From positions 120,001 through 152,000 of the forward strand of contig NZ_CP011035.1 of assembly GCF_001465295.1 (NCBI RefSeq): a DNA stretch of 32,000 nt. The letters run 5' to 3'. Both the position numbers and the translations under genes were made by a program. Positions 16,394 through 25,475 of the stretch are shown in pieces. The notes beneath the pieces are model-generated. The model saw only the letters and a program-made list of their open reading frames with translations. It searched no databases and was not told the DNA's origin. The stretch is from Pseudoalteromonas translucida KMM 520. GTDB lineage: Bacteria; Pseudomonadota; Gammaproteobacteria; Enterobacterales; Alteromonadaceae. The stretch's first letter is position 1; each line of letters begins with the position of its first letter.

Positions 16394-16701
16394 TGCCTCA
16401 AATTGTTATTCCGGTTAAAAACATCACCACCACCCCAGAGCTTGTTACGTGTGCTAATTGCCAAGCCTGTTGCTGCCAATTAGAAGTACGCATAGTGACA
16501 GATACAGGCGTGCCATTTCATTATATTGAATACGATAAATGGGGCAGCGAAGTAATGAAACGTGCCGATGATGGCTGGTGCCAAGCGCTCGATCGCAACA
16601 CTCTCATGTGTTCTATTTACGAAAACCGCCCATTAGTGTGTCGCGAATTTGAAATGGCGTCGGATGAGTGTATTACCGAGCGCGAACTAGGCGGAATTTA
16701 A
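16393..16701 (+). CDS. YkgJ-family cysteine-cluster protein (putative Zn/Fe-chelating domain, CxxCxxCC)
   Basis: 102 aa with CANCQACCC near the N-terminus and further Cys residues (WCQAL, MCSIYENRPLVCREF), as in the PF03692-type family. Confidence 0.7.
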   Translation: MPQIVIPVKNITTTPELVTCANCQACCCQLEVRIVTDTGVPFHYIEYDKWGSEVMKRADDGWCQALDRNTLMCSIYENRPLVCREFEMASDECITERELGGI

Positions 16702-16718
16702 ACTATTACAGTAAACGT

Positions 16719-16743
16719 AAAAAAGGGCCCAAGGCCCTTTTTA
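16719..16743. terminator. Bidirectional Rho-independent terminator (YkgJ-like gene on + and curA-GST operon on -)
   Basis: AAAAAGGGCC-CAA-GGCCCTTTTT. This is a symmetric stem flanked by an A-run and a T-run, between convergent genes. Confidence 0.85.
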
Positions 16744-16799
16744 AATGTGTACTAACTTAATGTAATTGGTATAACTGTAAAGCTAATACCAGCCGATTA

Positions 16800-17417
16800 T
16801 TAATCGTATTTAGCTTCAAGCTCTTGTGCGGTATGAAACTTCTCATGGCTTTGTAATTGCTCATCGTACTTAACTAGGTTTTTAAAGTGTGCTAGTTGAC
16901 CTGAGTTTTTAACGATTTCGACAATAAACGACATCATAAAATCGGCGCCGGTTAGGGTGTCGCCTACTAAGTAACGTTTGCCTTCTAGGCGATCGTTAAA
17001 GTAGCTTATTACTTTAGCTGTTTCGGCGTCGGCGTAACCTTCTAAAAACTGGGTTTTAGCGCCATCTTTTAATACAAACATTTTAAGCAGCAGCGGTAAA
17101 ATAGCTGAGCTTTCGGCAAAGTGTAGCCATTGCTGATAATCAACATAATCGCGAGTGCCTGCCTTAGGAGCAAATTTTCCGTTACCGTATTTAGTAATGA
17201 GGTAGTCGGTAATTGCGCCCGATTCGGCAACAATAATCCCATTATCTTCTATCACTGGCGACTTACCAAGCTGATGAATATGTTTAAGTTCATCTGGGGC
17301 TAAAAAAGTGTCTTTATTACGCTGGTAAGCAACAATTTCATAATCTACTGCTAATTCTTCTAGTAACCAGATGATACGTTTTGAGCGTGATTTATTTAAA
17401 TGATGTAGCTTGATCAT
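16800..17417 (-). CDS. Glutathione S-transferase
   Basis: A thioredoxin-like N-domain (MIKLHHLNKSRSKRIIWLLEELAVDYEIV ... LGKSPVIEDNG) plus a helical C-domain. I place the start at ATG 17417 (AAGGA RBS 5 nt upstream) rather than the upstream ATG at 17456. Confidence 0.85.
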   Translation of the reverse strand: MIKLHHLNKSRSKRIIWLLEELAVDYEIVAYQRNKDTFLAPDELKHIHQLGKSPVIEDNGIIVAESGAITDYLITKYGNGKFAPKAGTRDYVDYQQWLHFAESSAILPLLLKMFVLKDGAKTQFLEGYADAETAKVISYFNDRLEGKRYLVGDTLTGADFMMSFIVEIVKNSGQLAHFKNLVKYDEQLQSHEKFHTAQELEAKYD

Positions 17418-17429
17418 AGTAATCCTTGT

Positions 17430-17460
17430 TGCGTTGCCATTTTGTACAGATAGCAACGCA
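17430..17460 (-). promoter_or_regulatory. Intercistronic hairpin between curA and the GST gene
   Basis: TGCGTTGC (17430-17437) / GCAACGCA (17453-17460), a perfect 8-bp stem. On the minus strand it sits immediately 5' of the GST RBS. No U-tract follows. Confidence 0.4.
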
Positions 17461-17466
17461 TTAAAT

Positions 17467-18495
17467 TTAAAGTGGGCTATTAATTTTAACTACGGTTTTA
17501 CCGAAGTTTTTTCCGCTGATCATATCGTTAAAGGCAGTAATGGTATTTTCGATGCCTTCTACCATATGTTCGCGGTATTGAATTTTTCCATCTTGTAGCC
17601 ATTGCTGCATAGCGGTTGCAAACTCATCATAACGATGGCCGTAATCGTCAAAAATAATAAAGCCTTGCATCTTAATACGCTTAGAGAGTATTTGCCCCAT
17701 TAGCATACCCAAACGATCAGGGCCTTCTGGTAAGCTGGTTGCATTATACTGCGACACTAAACCACACACAGGTACGCGTGCTGATGTATTGAGAAGGGGT
17801 AATACGGCGTCGAATACCTTGCCGCCCACATTTTCATAATAAACATCAATACCGTTATCGCAGGCTTGTTCAAGTTGCTGCGCAAAATTATCTGCTTTGT
17901 GATCAATACAGGCATCAAAACCTAATACTTCTACTGCGTGTTTACATTTTTCACTGCCACCGGCAACGCCGACGACTCTACAACCTTTAATTTTTGCAAT
18001 TTGGCCAACGGTAGCGCCCACAGGGCCTGTTGCTGCAGCAACGACCACGGTTTCACCTGCTTTAGGTGCGCCAATATCAAGTAATCCCATATAAGCGGTA
18101 AAGCCCGGCATTCCCATAATACCTAACGCGTATGACGGGTTAGTTGGCTCTTTGCCTAATTGCATTAACCCTTCGCCGTTGCTAATAGCGTAGTCTTGCC
18201 AACCCGTGTAAGCCAATACCCATTCGCCTTCGCTAAAAGAGTCGTTTTTAGACTCTTGAACTTGGCATACAGTTGCCCCAACCATCACGTCGCCAACATT
18301 TACTGGGTCGGCATACGATTTAGCGTCGCTCATGCGGCCACGCATGTAAGGGTCAAGCGATAAGTAAATGGTGCGCAGTAATACTTCACCATTTTTTAAT
18401 GGCGGCAGCTCTAGGGTTTTTAATGCAAAGTTTTCATCGGTAGGAGCACCGTGTGGGCGTGATGCTAACGTGAGTTGTCGACTGGTTGCTGACAT
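17467..18495 (-). CDS. curA: NADPH-dependent oxidoreductase of the CurA/YncB family (medium-chain reductase)
   Basis: 342 aa and near-colinear with E. coli CurA as I recall it: LASRPHGAP, LLRT(I/V)YLSLDPYMRGRMSD, GMPGFTAYMGLLDIG, VVAAATGPVGATVGQI.K.KGCRVVGVAGG, YYENVGGKVFDAVLPLLNTSAR.PVCGLVS.YNAT. Confidence 0.9.
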   Translation of the reverse strand: MSATSRQLTLASRPHGAPTDENFALKTLELPPLKNGEVLLRTIYLSLDPYMRGRMSDAKSYADPVNVGDVMVGATVCQVQESKNDSFSEGEWVLAYTGWQDYAISNGEGLMQLGKEPTNPSYALGIMGMPGFTAYMGLLDIGAPKAGETVVVAAATGPVGATVGQIAKIKGCRVVGVAGGSEKCKHAVEVLGFDACIDHKADNFAQQLEQACDNGIDVYYENVGGKVFDAVLPLLNTSARVPVCGLVSQYNATSLPEGPDRLGMLMGQILSKRIKMQGFIIFDDYGHRYDEFATAMQQWLQDGKIQYREHMVEGIENTITAFNDMISGKNFGKTVVKINSPL

Positions 18496-18597
18496 ATAAA
18501 ATCTCCAATAGATGAGTAAACTACTTTGTTCTGAATGTTTTAGTTTGTGTTTAAAGCAAAATTAAAACTAAACAATAATGCGCAGATAAGTAGTAAG

Positions 18598-18794
18598 TAA
18601 CCTGAGCTCCGGATAATAAACTTATCTCAAGCAGCTATTTTCAGCGCTAACTGCGTTGAATTTACTTGCAATAGGCCAGCTATTGACGCGTAAATTCGCC
18701 TTGTTTTCACTGAAAACCTCTGGCTAGAGAAAATAAAATTAAATATAACGATGATTCAATACGTTAGTAAATCTCTTAACCAGAGCTCAGGTTA
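18598..18794. other. ~197-nt structured intergenic element bounded by 12-bp perfect inverted repeats (MITE-like element or structured RNA)
   Basis: Terminal IR: TAACCTGAGCTC (18598-18609) / GAGCTCAGGTTA (18783-18794). Flanking near-direct repeat: AGTAAG (18592-18597) / AGTATG (18795-18800). Three nested inner helices: TTTTCAG/CTGAAAA (18638-18644 / 18710-18716), GAATTTAC/GTAAATTC (18658-18665 / 18690-18697) and CAATAG/CTATTG (18669-18674 / 18680-18685). Confidence 0.5.
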
Positions 18795-18976
18795 AGTATG
18801 TATATCTTAATACAGGAGTTTTGGGCACTCGGTTAAAAAATCAACCCCAAGGTGTGAGTATTTACTCTAAGGTGAGTTTATAAGTGGATTAACTGATTTT
18901 TATAGCGCTATAACTTTTATTTAAACTACTCTAAAATGAATGCTATAAACTTAACAACAATAGATGCGAAATTATT

Positions 18977-20182
18977 ATGCACCCACACATTAGTAAGCTT
19001 TATAACAGTGCGTTAAAGCCAAGCCGATTAATTATAGGCCTAATGAGTGGTACCTCGTTAGATGGACTTGATGTTGCCTTATGTAAAATAACTGCCGCGG
19101 GTGTGCATACCCAAATTGAGGTTTTAAAGTTTACTACGGTTGATTATAGCGATGATTATAAAACAAAAATAAAGCAGGTATTTGCCAAGCGTGAATGCAA
19201 CTTAGAATACCTTACGTTACTGCACCCTTGGGTTGGTAAATTACATGGTGACATGGTTAATCAGTGTTTAAAAAGCTGGCAAATAAACCCAACCAACATA
19301 GACGTAATAGCCAGCCACGGACAAACTATTTACCATTGTCCTAAAAGCCAGCATCAGTATAACGACTTTAACAATGGCACTTTACAAATTGGTGATAGCG
19401 ACCAAATAGCCGTTACTACAGGTATTACTACCATTGGCGATTTTCGGCAAAAACATATAGCAGCAGGCGGCGAGGGCGCACCACTTGCCGTGTATGGTGA
19501 TTATTTGTTTTTTTCAAGCTCTGACGAAAACCGTATTTTACTTAATATGGGCGGTATAGCTAACCTCACTTTTTTACCCCAAAATGGCGATAGCAGTGCA
19601 GTATTTAGCTCTGACATTGGCCCATGCAATACCATTATGGACGCCTATGTACAGCGTTATTTTAATAACATGCATTACGATGAAAACGCTGCGATAGCGA
19701 AAGCGGGCATTATTAATACAGCGTTACTAACAGCGCTTTGCGACAATCATTTTTTAACCCTAAAAATGCCAAAAACCACTGGCCCTGAAGTGTTTAATTT
19801 AGCTTATTTAGAAGCTGCGCAGCAGGCTTCAAATACCCAAAAATTAAGCCATCAAGACGTAATGGCCACCTTAAACCGCTTTACCGCAGAGGTTATTGCT
19901 AATGCGTTAAATACGTGCGTAAAAATGGCGCCCAATAGTGTGGTGTATGCCAGTGGCGGCGGCATTCACAACTTACTCTTAATGCAACATTTAGTAACGC
20001 TTTGTCCGGCTATTAAAGGTTTTAAAAACACTCACGCATTAGGGGTTGATCCCGACGCGAAAGAAGCGGTGCTTTTTGCTATTTTAGCTAACGAATGCCT
20101 AGCCGGTGAGCAGTTACACCTTAATAATAAAGCCCAAGGAATTGCCGGCGTTACTATGGGAAAAGTGAGTTTTGCAGATTGA
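18977..20182 (+). CDS. anmK: Anhydro-N-acetylmuramic acid kinase
   Basis: 401 aa with the N-terminal signature GLMSGTSLDGLDVALC and the later GGGIHN motif typical of AnmK. Confidence 0.88.
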   Translation: MHPHISKLYNSALKPSRLIIGLMSGTSLDGLDVALCKITAAGVHTQIEVLKFTTVDYSDDYKTKIKQVFAKRECNLEYLTLLHPWVGKLHGDMVNQCLKSWQINPTNIDVIASHGQTIYHCPKSQHQYNDFNNGTLQIGDSDQIAVTTGITTIGDFRQKHIAAGGEGAPLAVYGDYLFFSSSDENRILLNMGGIANLTFLPQNGDSSAVFSSDIGPCNTIMDAYVQRYFNNMHYDENAAIAKAGIINTALLTALCDNHFLTLKMPKTTGPEVFNLAYLEAAQQASNTQKLSHQDVMATLNRFTAEVIANALNTCVKMAPNSVVYASGGGIHNLLLMQHLVTLCPAIKGFKNTHALGVDPDAKEAVLFAILANECLAGEQLHLNNKAQGIAGVTMGKVSFAD

Positions 20183-20194
20183 AACCACATATTT

Positions 20195-20255
20195 TAAGCT
20201 TAAGCTTTAGGCTTAATTTTTAGGTTTAAGTTTTTAGGTTTAAGTTTTTAGGTGA
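20195..20255. repeat. Short tandem repeats just past the anmK stop
   Basis: TAAGCT x2 (20195-20206), then a ~14-nt unit: TAGGCTTAATTTT (20208-20220), TAGGTTTAAGTTTT (20221-20234), TAGGTTTAAGTTTT (20235-20248), and a partial TAGGTGA (20249-20255). Confidence 0.8.
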
Positions 20256-20296
20256 GAGCTAGCCAAACTCACTGTTCGGCTTTTGCATAACTGCGA

Positions 20297-20326
20297 CTTA
20301 CTGTTATTGGGTAAGCTTATTTTTTT
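20297..20326 (+). terminator. Weak candidate terminator for anmK
   Basis: 5-bp stem CTTAC (20297-20301) / GTAAG (20311-20315), then CTTATTTTTTT. The stem is short, so support is weak. Confidence 0.3.
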
Positions 20327-20847
20327 GCGCGGCCCTTAGCATGAATATTGTTTTGTAGTAATTAATTGCAGCTGCGCTTTAATTATTATAAAAATGTTAT
20401 TGCTTATTTACTTTTTAAAGATGCACCAATCCTCCCTTAATTTCGCCCCTCAGGCCTTAGTGGTGCACTTTTATAATTAAAAAGACCCAACCCATCCAAA
20501 TCAACTATGCGCTTTTTTAAAACATAAGGCATAGTTATTAAATGCAGTGTAAATGGGCTGTTAATAACTATTTTTGACTATATATATTCATATAATCTGA
20601 ATGCATATTCATTTCTTAGTTGACTCAGCGTTATTTTACGGCTAGTTTTTATCCCCCTTTGATTAAAGTTTTCACTAATAAATACTGCATTATACAAATT
20701 CAAAAAGATTTTACAGTGGCTGTTTTAGGCATTTTAACGAATTTTTTGAATGAGATGAGCGCATACCTCGAGTATATAAAAATATATGACTTAATTAGTA
20801 AGCACAATTTAGCTGATAGCAATAGGCTGATGAAATAGGAATAAGTA

Positions 20848-23800
20848 ATGAATGATATGAGCAAAAAATCCCAAGGTCTTTATCGCGCTGAATTTGAACA
20901 TGACAGTTGCGGCATTGGCTTTGTCGCTAACCTTAAGGGTAAAAAGTCACACGATATTATCGAAAATGCACTCACCATGCTCAGCTGCATGGAGCATCGT
21001 GGTGGAACAGGGTTTGACGTTAAAAGTGGTGATGGTGCTGGTATTCTTATTCAAATTCCTCATGAGTTTTTCCGTCAAGAAACCGCAAAGCTAGGGTGGA
21101 CGCTGCCAAGCGCCTTAAACTATGGTGTGGGGATGATTTTTTTCCCACGCGATAAAGCACTTAGCGACGCGTGTAAAAAAATACTAAATCAAAATATTAC
21201 CGAACTGGGCTTAACCTTAATAGGGTATCGGGATGTTCCGGGCGATAACTCTATGTTAGGCGCGGCTTCATTTGAAAGCGAGCCGAACATTGAGCAAGTG
21301 TTTATTGCTAAGCCGCAAGCGCTAAGCGCGCAAGAGTTTGAACGTAAGTTGTTTGTACTGCGTAAATACACCTCGCATAAAATTAATGGTTTGGATTTCA
21401 CCGAGCGTGATGAATTTTATGTAACCTCAATGTCATCTACCAAAATTGTTTATAAAGGCCAGTTTACTACCGAGCAAGTGCGCCAATATTACCTTGATCT
21501 GCAAGACGAGCGTACTATTTCGGGAATGGCGATGTTTCATTCTCGCTTTTCAACCAATACATTTCCTGCTTGGCGTCGTGCGCAGCCGTTTCGTTATATA
21601 GCCCACAATGGTGAAATTAATACGGTACGCGGTAATATTAACTGGATGAATGCTCGCGAGGCATTGTTTAGCTCGGTTAATTTTAGCGATGCAGAATTGA
21701 ACATGTTAAACCCAGTGTGTAATAACGATAACTCAGATTCGGCTAACCTTGATATGGCTATTGAGCTATTAGTGCTCAGCGGACGCTCATTGGCACAAGT
21801 AATGATGATGATGGTGCCAGAAGCATGGCAAACCCAAACCGATATGGATGCCACTAAACGTGCATTTTACGAGTATTATGCCTGTATTATGGAGCCGTGG
21901 GATGGCCCAGCATCTTTATCGTTTACCGATGGCAATGTTATTGGTGCAACCCTTGATCGTAATGGTTTGCGCCCTTCGCGTTACTTGTTAACCGAAGATG
22001 GCACGCTAGTGATGGGCTCTGAAACCGGTGCATTGTGCGTTGATCAATCTACTGTGGTTGAAAAGGGGCGTTTGCAACCGGGTAAAATATTTATTGCTGA
22101 CTTAGAGCAAGGTCGCATTATTAGTGATGACGAAGTAAAACAATACGTTAGCTCGGCTCAGCCGTATGCTCGTTGGTTAGCTGAAAACAAAATTGAATTA
22201 GACAATTTACCCGTTCCTAGCGCGTCTTTTGCCCAGCCGCCATTGGCAGAGCTGCGAAAAATACAAAAAGCATTTGGTTACACCAGCGAAGATCTTAACC
22301 TAGTACTAGCGGGTATGGTTGGTACGGCTAAAGAGCCACTAGGCGCTATGGGTACCGACACGCCGCTTGCAGTGCTGTCGCATCGCCCGCAACAATTATC
22401 ACATTATTTTAAGCAGTTATTTGCGCAAGTAACCAACCCACCCATTGACCCTATTCGTGAAGAATTGGTTATGTCGTTGCGTGGTTATATTGGCCGCTCA
22501 CTTAACTTGCTCGATGAAACACCTGGGCATTGCCATAAGGTTGAAATTGAACAGCCTGTATTAACTAATGAGCAATTACGCAAACTACAGTATATAGATA
22601 ATAACCATCTTCAAGCTAAAACGATCGACATTACTTTTAAAGCCAGCGGTGGGCCAGGCGCACTAAAAAGAGCACTGGATCGTATTTGTTTATATGCCAA
22701 AAATGCCGTTGAAGATGATTATGAAATACTTATTTTAAGTGACCGAGGCGTAGACAGCGACCATGTTGCTATACCTTCTGTATTGGCAACAGCAGCGGTG
22801 CATCACTATTTAATTCGTGAAAAACTACGCTCATCTGCCGATATAATTTTGGAGTCGGGTGATATACGCGAAACGCATCATTTTGCTACTGTTATTGGTT
22901 ATGGCGCTGCGGCAGTTAACCCGTATTTAGCCCTAGAGAGCATGTATGGTTTACGTGATGAAGGCGTACTTGATACTAACTTAACAAATGAACAAATTAC
23001 CCAAAAATACACCAAAGCGGTAGGCAGCGGCCTGTTAAAAACCTTCTCTAAAATGGGTATTTCAACGCTACAGTCGTATTTAGGTGCGCAAGTTTTTGAA
23101 GCCTTAGGCATTAATTCTGAGGTTATTGATCAGTACTTTACCGGTACGGTTAGCCGCATTGAAGGTTTAAGCCTAGATCAAATTGCCCAAGAGGCGCTAT
23201 TACGCCACCGTGAGGGTTTCCCTGAGGCCAACCGCATTGCTATAGATAAACTACTGCCTACAGGCGGAGAATACTCGTGGCGTCATGATGGTGAACGGCA
23301 CTTATTTAACCCCACGGTAATTCGTTTGCTGCAGCATTCAACAGCCAGTAATAATGTTGAGCAATTTAAACAGTATGCAAAAACGGTGGACGATCAAAGT
23401 AAAGAAGCCTTTACCTTAAGGGGTTTATTACAATTGAATAGCGATCGTCCTGCTATTGCCTTGAGCGAAGTGGAACCGGTTGCCAATATTTTTAAACGCT
23501 TTGCCTCGGGTGCTATGTCGTTTGGCTCAATTTCGTGGGAAGCACACACTACTTTAGCTATAGCTATGAACCGCATTGGCGGTAAAAGTAACAGCGGTGA
23601 AGGGGGCGAAGACCCAATTCGTTATACTCCGCTTGAAAATGGCGATTCGATGAATTCGCGAATTAAACAAGTGGCTTCGGGTCGTTTTGGTGTTACTAGC
23701 CATTATTTAGCGAATGCCGATGAGCTACAAATAAAAATGGCGCAGGGTGCTAAACCGGGCGAAGGTGGGCAATTACCCGGCGATAAAGTAGATGCATGGA

Positions 23801-25455
23801 TTGGTAAAACGCGTGGCTCTACGCCAGGGGTGGGCTTGATTTCGCCGCCGCCACACCATGATATTTATTCTATTGAAGATTTATCGCAACTTATTTTCGA
23901 TCTTAAAAACGCCAATCGCGACGCGCGCATTAACGTTAAATTAGTATCAGAAGCGGGTGTAGGTACGGTTGCATCGGGTGTGGCAAAAGCCTATGCCGAT
24001 GTAGTATTGATTGCAGGCCACGATGGCGGCACCGGTGCTTCACCACTGAGCTCAATTAAACATACGGGCTTACCGTGGGAACTGGGTTTGGCTGAAACGC
24101 ATCAAACTTTGGTGCGTAATAAACTGCGTAGCCGTATTACGGTACAAACCGATGGGCAACTTAAAACGCCACGCGACTTAGCCATTGCAACGCTGCTTGG
24201 TGCAGAAGAGTACGGCATGGCTACCACAGCATTGGTGGTTGAGGGATGTATTATGATGCGTAAGTGTCATTTAAATACCTGCCCAGTTGGTATTGCCACA
24301 CAAGATAAAGGCCTGCGCGACAAGTTTACTGGTCGTGCCGATATTTTAGTTAACTTTTTTACCATGATGGCAGAAGGCTTACGCGAAATTATGGCTGAGC
24401 TTGGTTTTAGACGTATTGAAGAAATGGTAGGCCAAACTCAGTGCCTTACACAGCGCAAAGATGTTGACCATTGGAAGTATCAAGGCGTTGACTTAACTCC
24501 ACTATTGCACAAAGCAGAGTGCGCTGAAAACGAAACTCTGTATCAATCAATTAATCAAAAACATTTAATCGACGATATTATCGATCGCAAAATGATCAAA
24601 GATGCTCATGTGGCACTAGAGTCTGGGCAAAGTGTGGCGCTTGAATACGATGTGATTAACACCGACAGAACCATAGGGGCGATGATCTCTAACGAAATCT
24701 CTAAAAAGTACCATGCAGATGGCTTACCGCAAGATACTATTAAGGTTAAGTTTAACGGCTCGGCGGGGCAAAGCTTTGGTTGTTTTTCAACCAAGGGTTT
24801 GCGTTTTGAACTTGAAGGCGATGCTAACGACTACTTTGGTAAAGGACTCTCTGGCGCAAATTTAGTGGTGTACCCTAGTAAACAAGCTAAGTTTGCTGCA
24901 AGTGAAAATATTCTTATTGGTAACGTGGCCTTTTTTGGAGCAACTTCGGGTAGCGCCTTTATACGCGGTATAGCGGGGGAGCGTTTTTGCGTACGTAACT
25001 CGGGCGCAACAGCCGTTGTTGAAGGTGTGGGGGATCACGGTTGTGAATACATGACCGGCGGTAAAGTTGTTATTTTGGGCGCAACTGGTCGAAACTTTGC
25101 TGCAGGTATGTCGGGCGGTGTTGCTTACGTACTTGATGTAAATAATGACTTTGCGGCTAAATGCAATATGGAAATGGTTGCACTTGAAAGTGTAGATACC
25201 GACGCTGAAAGCCACGAATTAAAAGCCTTAATTAGCCAACATCTTGATGCTACAGGTTCAGATGTTGCCAGTGATTTATTAAAAGATTGGGACAGCAATG
25301 TTAAGCGCTTTGTTAAAGTAATGCCGATTGATTACAAACGCATGCAAGGTTATATGAATGATGTACGCAGTAGCGGAAAGTTCACCTCGGAATATGATAT
25401 TGCCGTTGAAGCATTCGACATTCATTTAAACAACATAGCTAGCGCTAAAGCTTAA
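20848..25455 (+). CDS. gltB: Glutamate synthase (NADPH) large subunit
   Basis: 1535 aa. A short propeptide precedes the Ntn-amidotransferase Cys ([13 protein letters not shown]). The central, FMN-binding (GGTGASP) and C-terminal GXGXG-repeat domains are all recognisable. AGGA RBS 7 nt upstream. Confidence 0.97.
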   Translation: MNDMSKKSQGLYRAEFEHDSCGIGFVANLKGKKSHDIIENALTMLSCMEHRGGTGFDVKSGDGAGILIQIPHEFFRQETAKLGWTLPSALNYGVGMIFFPRDKALSDACKKILNQNITELGLTLIGYRDVPGDNSMLGAASFESEPNIEQVFIAKPQALSAQEFERKLFVLRKYTSHKINGLDFTERDEFYVTSMSSTKIVYKGQFTTEQVRQYYLDLQDERTISGMAMFHSRFSTNTFPAWRRAQPFRYIAHNGEINTVRGNINWMNAREALFSSVNFSDAELNMLNPVCNNDNSDSANLDMAIELLVLSGRSLAQVMMMMVPEAWQTQTDMDATKRAFYEYYACIMEPWDGPASLSFTDGNVIGATLDRNGLRPSRYLLTEDGTLVMGSETGALCVDQSTVVEKGRLQPGKIFIADLEQGRIISDDEVKQYVSSAQPYARWLAENKIELDNLPVPSASFAQPPLAELRKIQKAFGYTSEDLNLVLAGMVGTAKEPLGAMGTDTPLAVLSHRPQQLSHYFKQLFAQVTNPPIDPIREELVMSLRGYIGRSLNLLDETPGHCHKVEIEQPVLTNEQLRKLQYIDNNHLQAKTIDITFKASGGPGALKRALDRICLYAKNAVEDDYEILILSDRGVDSDHVAIPSVLATAAVHHYLIREKLRSSADIILESGDIRETHHFATVIGYGAAAVNPYLALESMYGLRDEGVLDTNLTNEQITQKYTKAVGSGLLKTFSKMGISTLQSYLGAQVFEALGINSEVIDQYFTGTVSRIEGLSLDQIAQEALLRHREGFPEANRIAIDKLLPTGGEYSWRHDGERHLFNPTVIRLLQHSTASNNVEQFKQYAKTVDDQSKEAFTLRGLLQLNSDRPAIALSEVEPVANIFKRFASGAMSFGSISWEAHTTLAIAMNRIGGKSNSGEGGEDPIRYTPLENGDSMNSRIKQVASGRFGVTSHYLANADELQIKMAQGAKPGEGGQLPGDKVDAWIGKTRGSTPGVGLISPPPHHDIYSIEDLSQLIFDLKNANRDARINVKLVSEAGVGTVASGVAKAYADVVLIAGHDGGTGASPLSSIKHTGLPWELGLAETHQTLVRNKLRSRITVQTDGQLKTPRDLAIATLLGAEEYGMATTALVVEGCIMMRKCHLNTCPVGIATQDKGLRDKFTGRADILVNFFTMMAEGLREIMAELGFRRIEEMVGQTQCLTQRKDVDHWKYQGVDLTPLLHKAECAENETLYQSINQKHLIDDIIDRKMIKDAHVALESGQSVALEYDVINTDRTIGAMISNEISKKYHADGLPQDTIKVKFNGSAGQSFGCFSTKGLRFELEGDANDYFGKGLSGANLVVYPSKQAKFAASENILIGNVAFFGATSGSAFIRGIAGERFCVRNSGATAVVEGVGDHGCEYMTGGKVVILGATGRNFAAGMSGGVAYVLDVNNDFAAKCNMEMVALESVDTDAESHELKALISQHLDATGSDVASDLLKDWDSNVKRFVKVMPIDYKRMQGYMNDVRSSGKFTSEYDIAVEAFDIHLNNIASAKA

Positions 25456-25475
25456 GCTGCCAAGGAGAATATATT

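Noticed and set aside
20620-20838. 72-aa ORF ending 10 nt before gltB
   Set aside because: It starts with TTG and has no RBS. It lies in very AT-rich sequence, and the product looks like translated AT-rich spacer (I/K/F/Y/N-rich). I treat it as part of the gltB upstream or leader region.
20183-20847. Search for a sigma-54 (TGGCAC-N5-TTGCA) promoter upstream of gltB
   Set aside because: No GG-N10-GC element with acceptable flanks was found by eye. TGGTGCAC at 20461-20468 lacks the -12 TTGC element. The TTGACT (20574-20579) and TATAAT (20591-20596) hexamers are only 11 nt apart, too close for a sigma-70 promoter.
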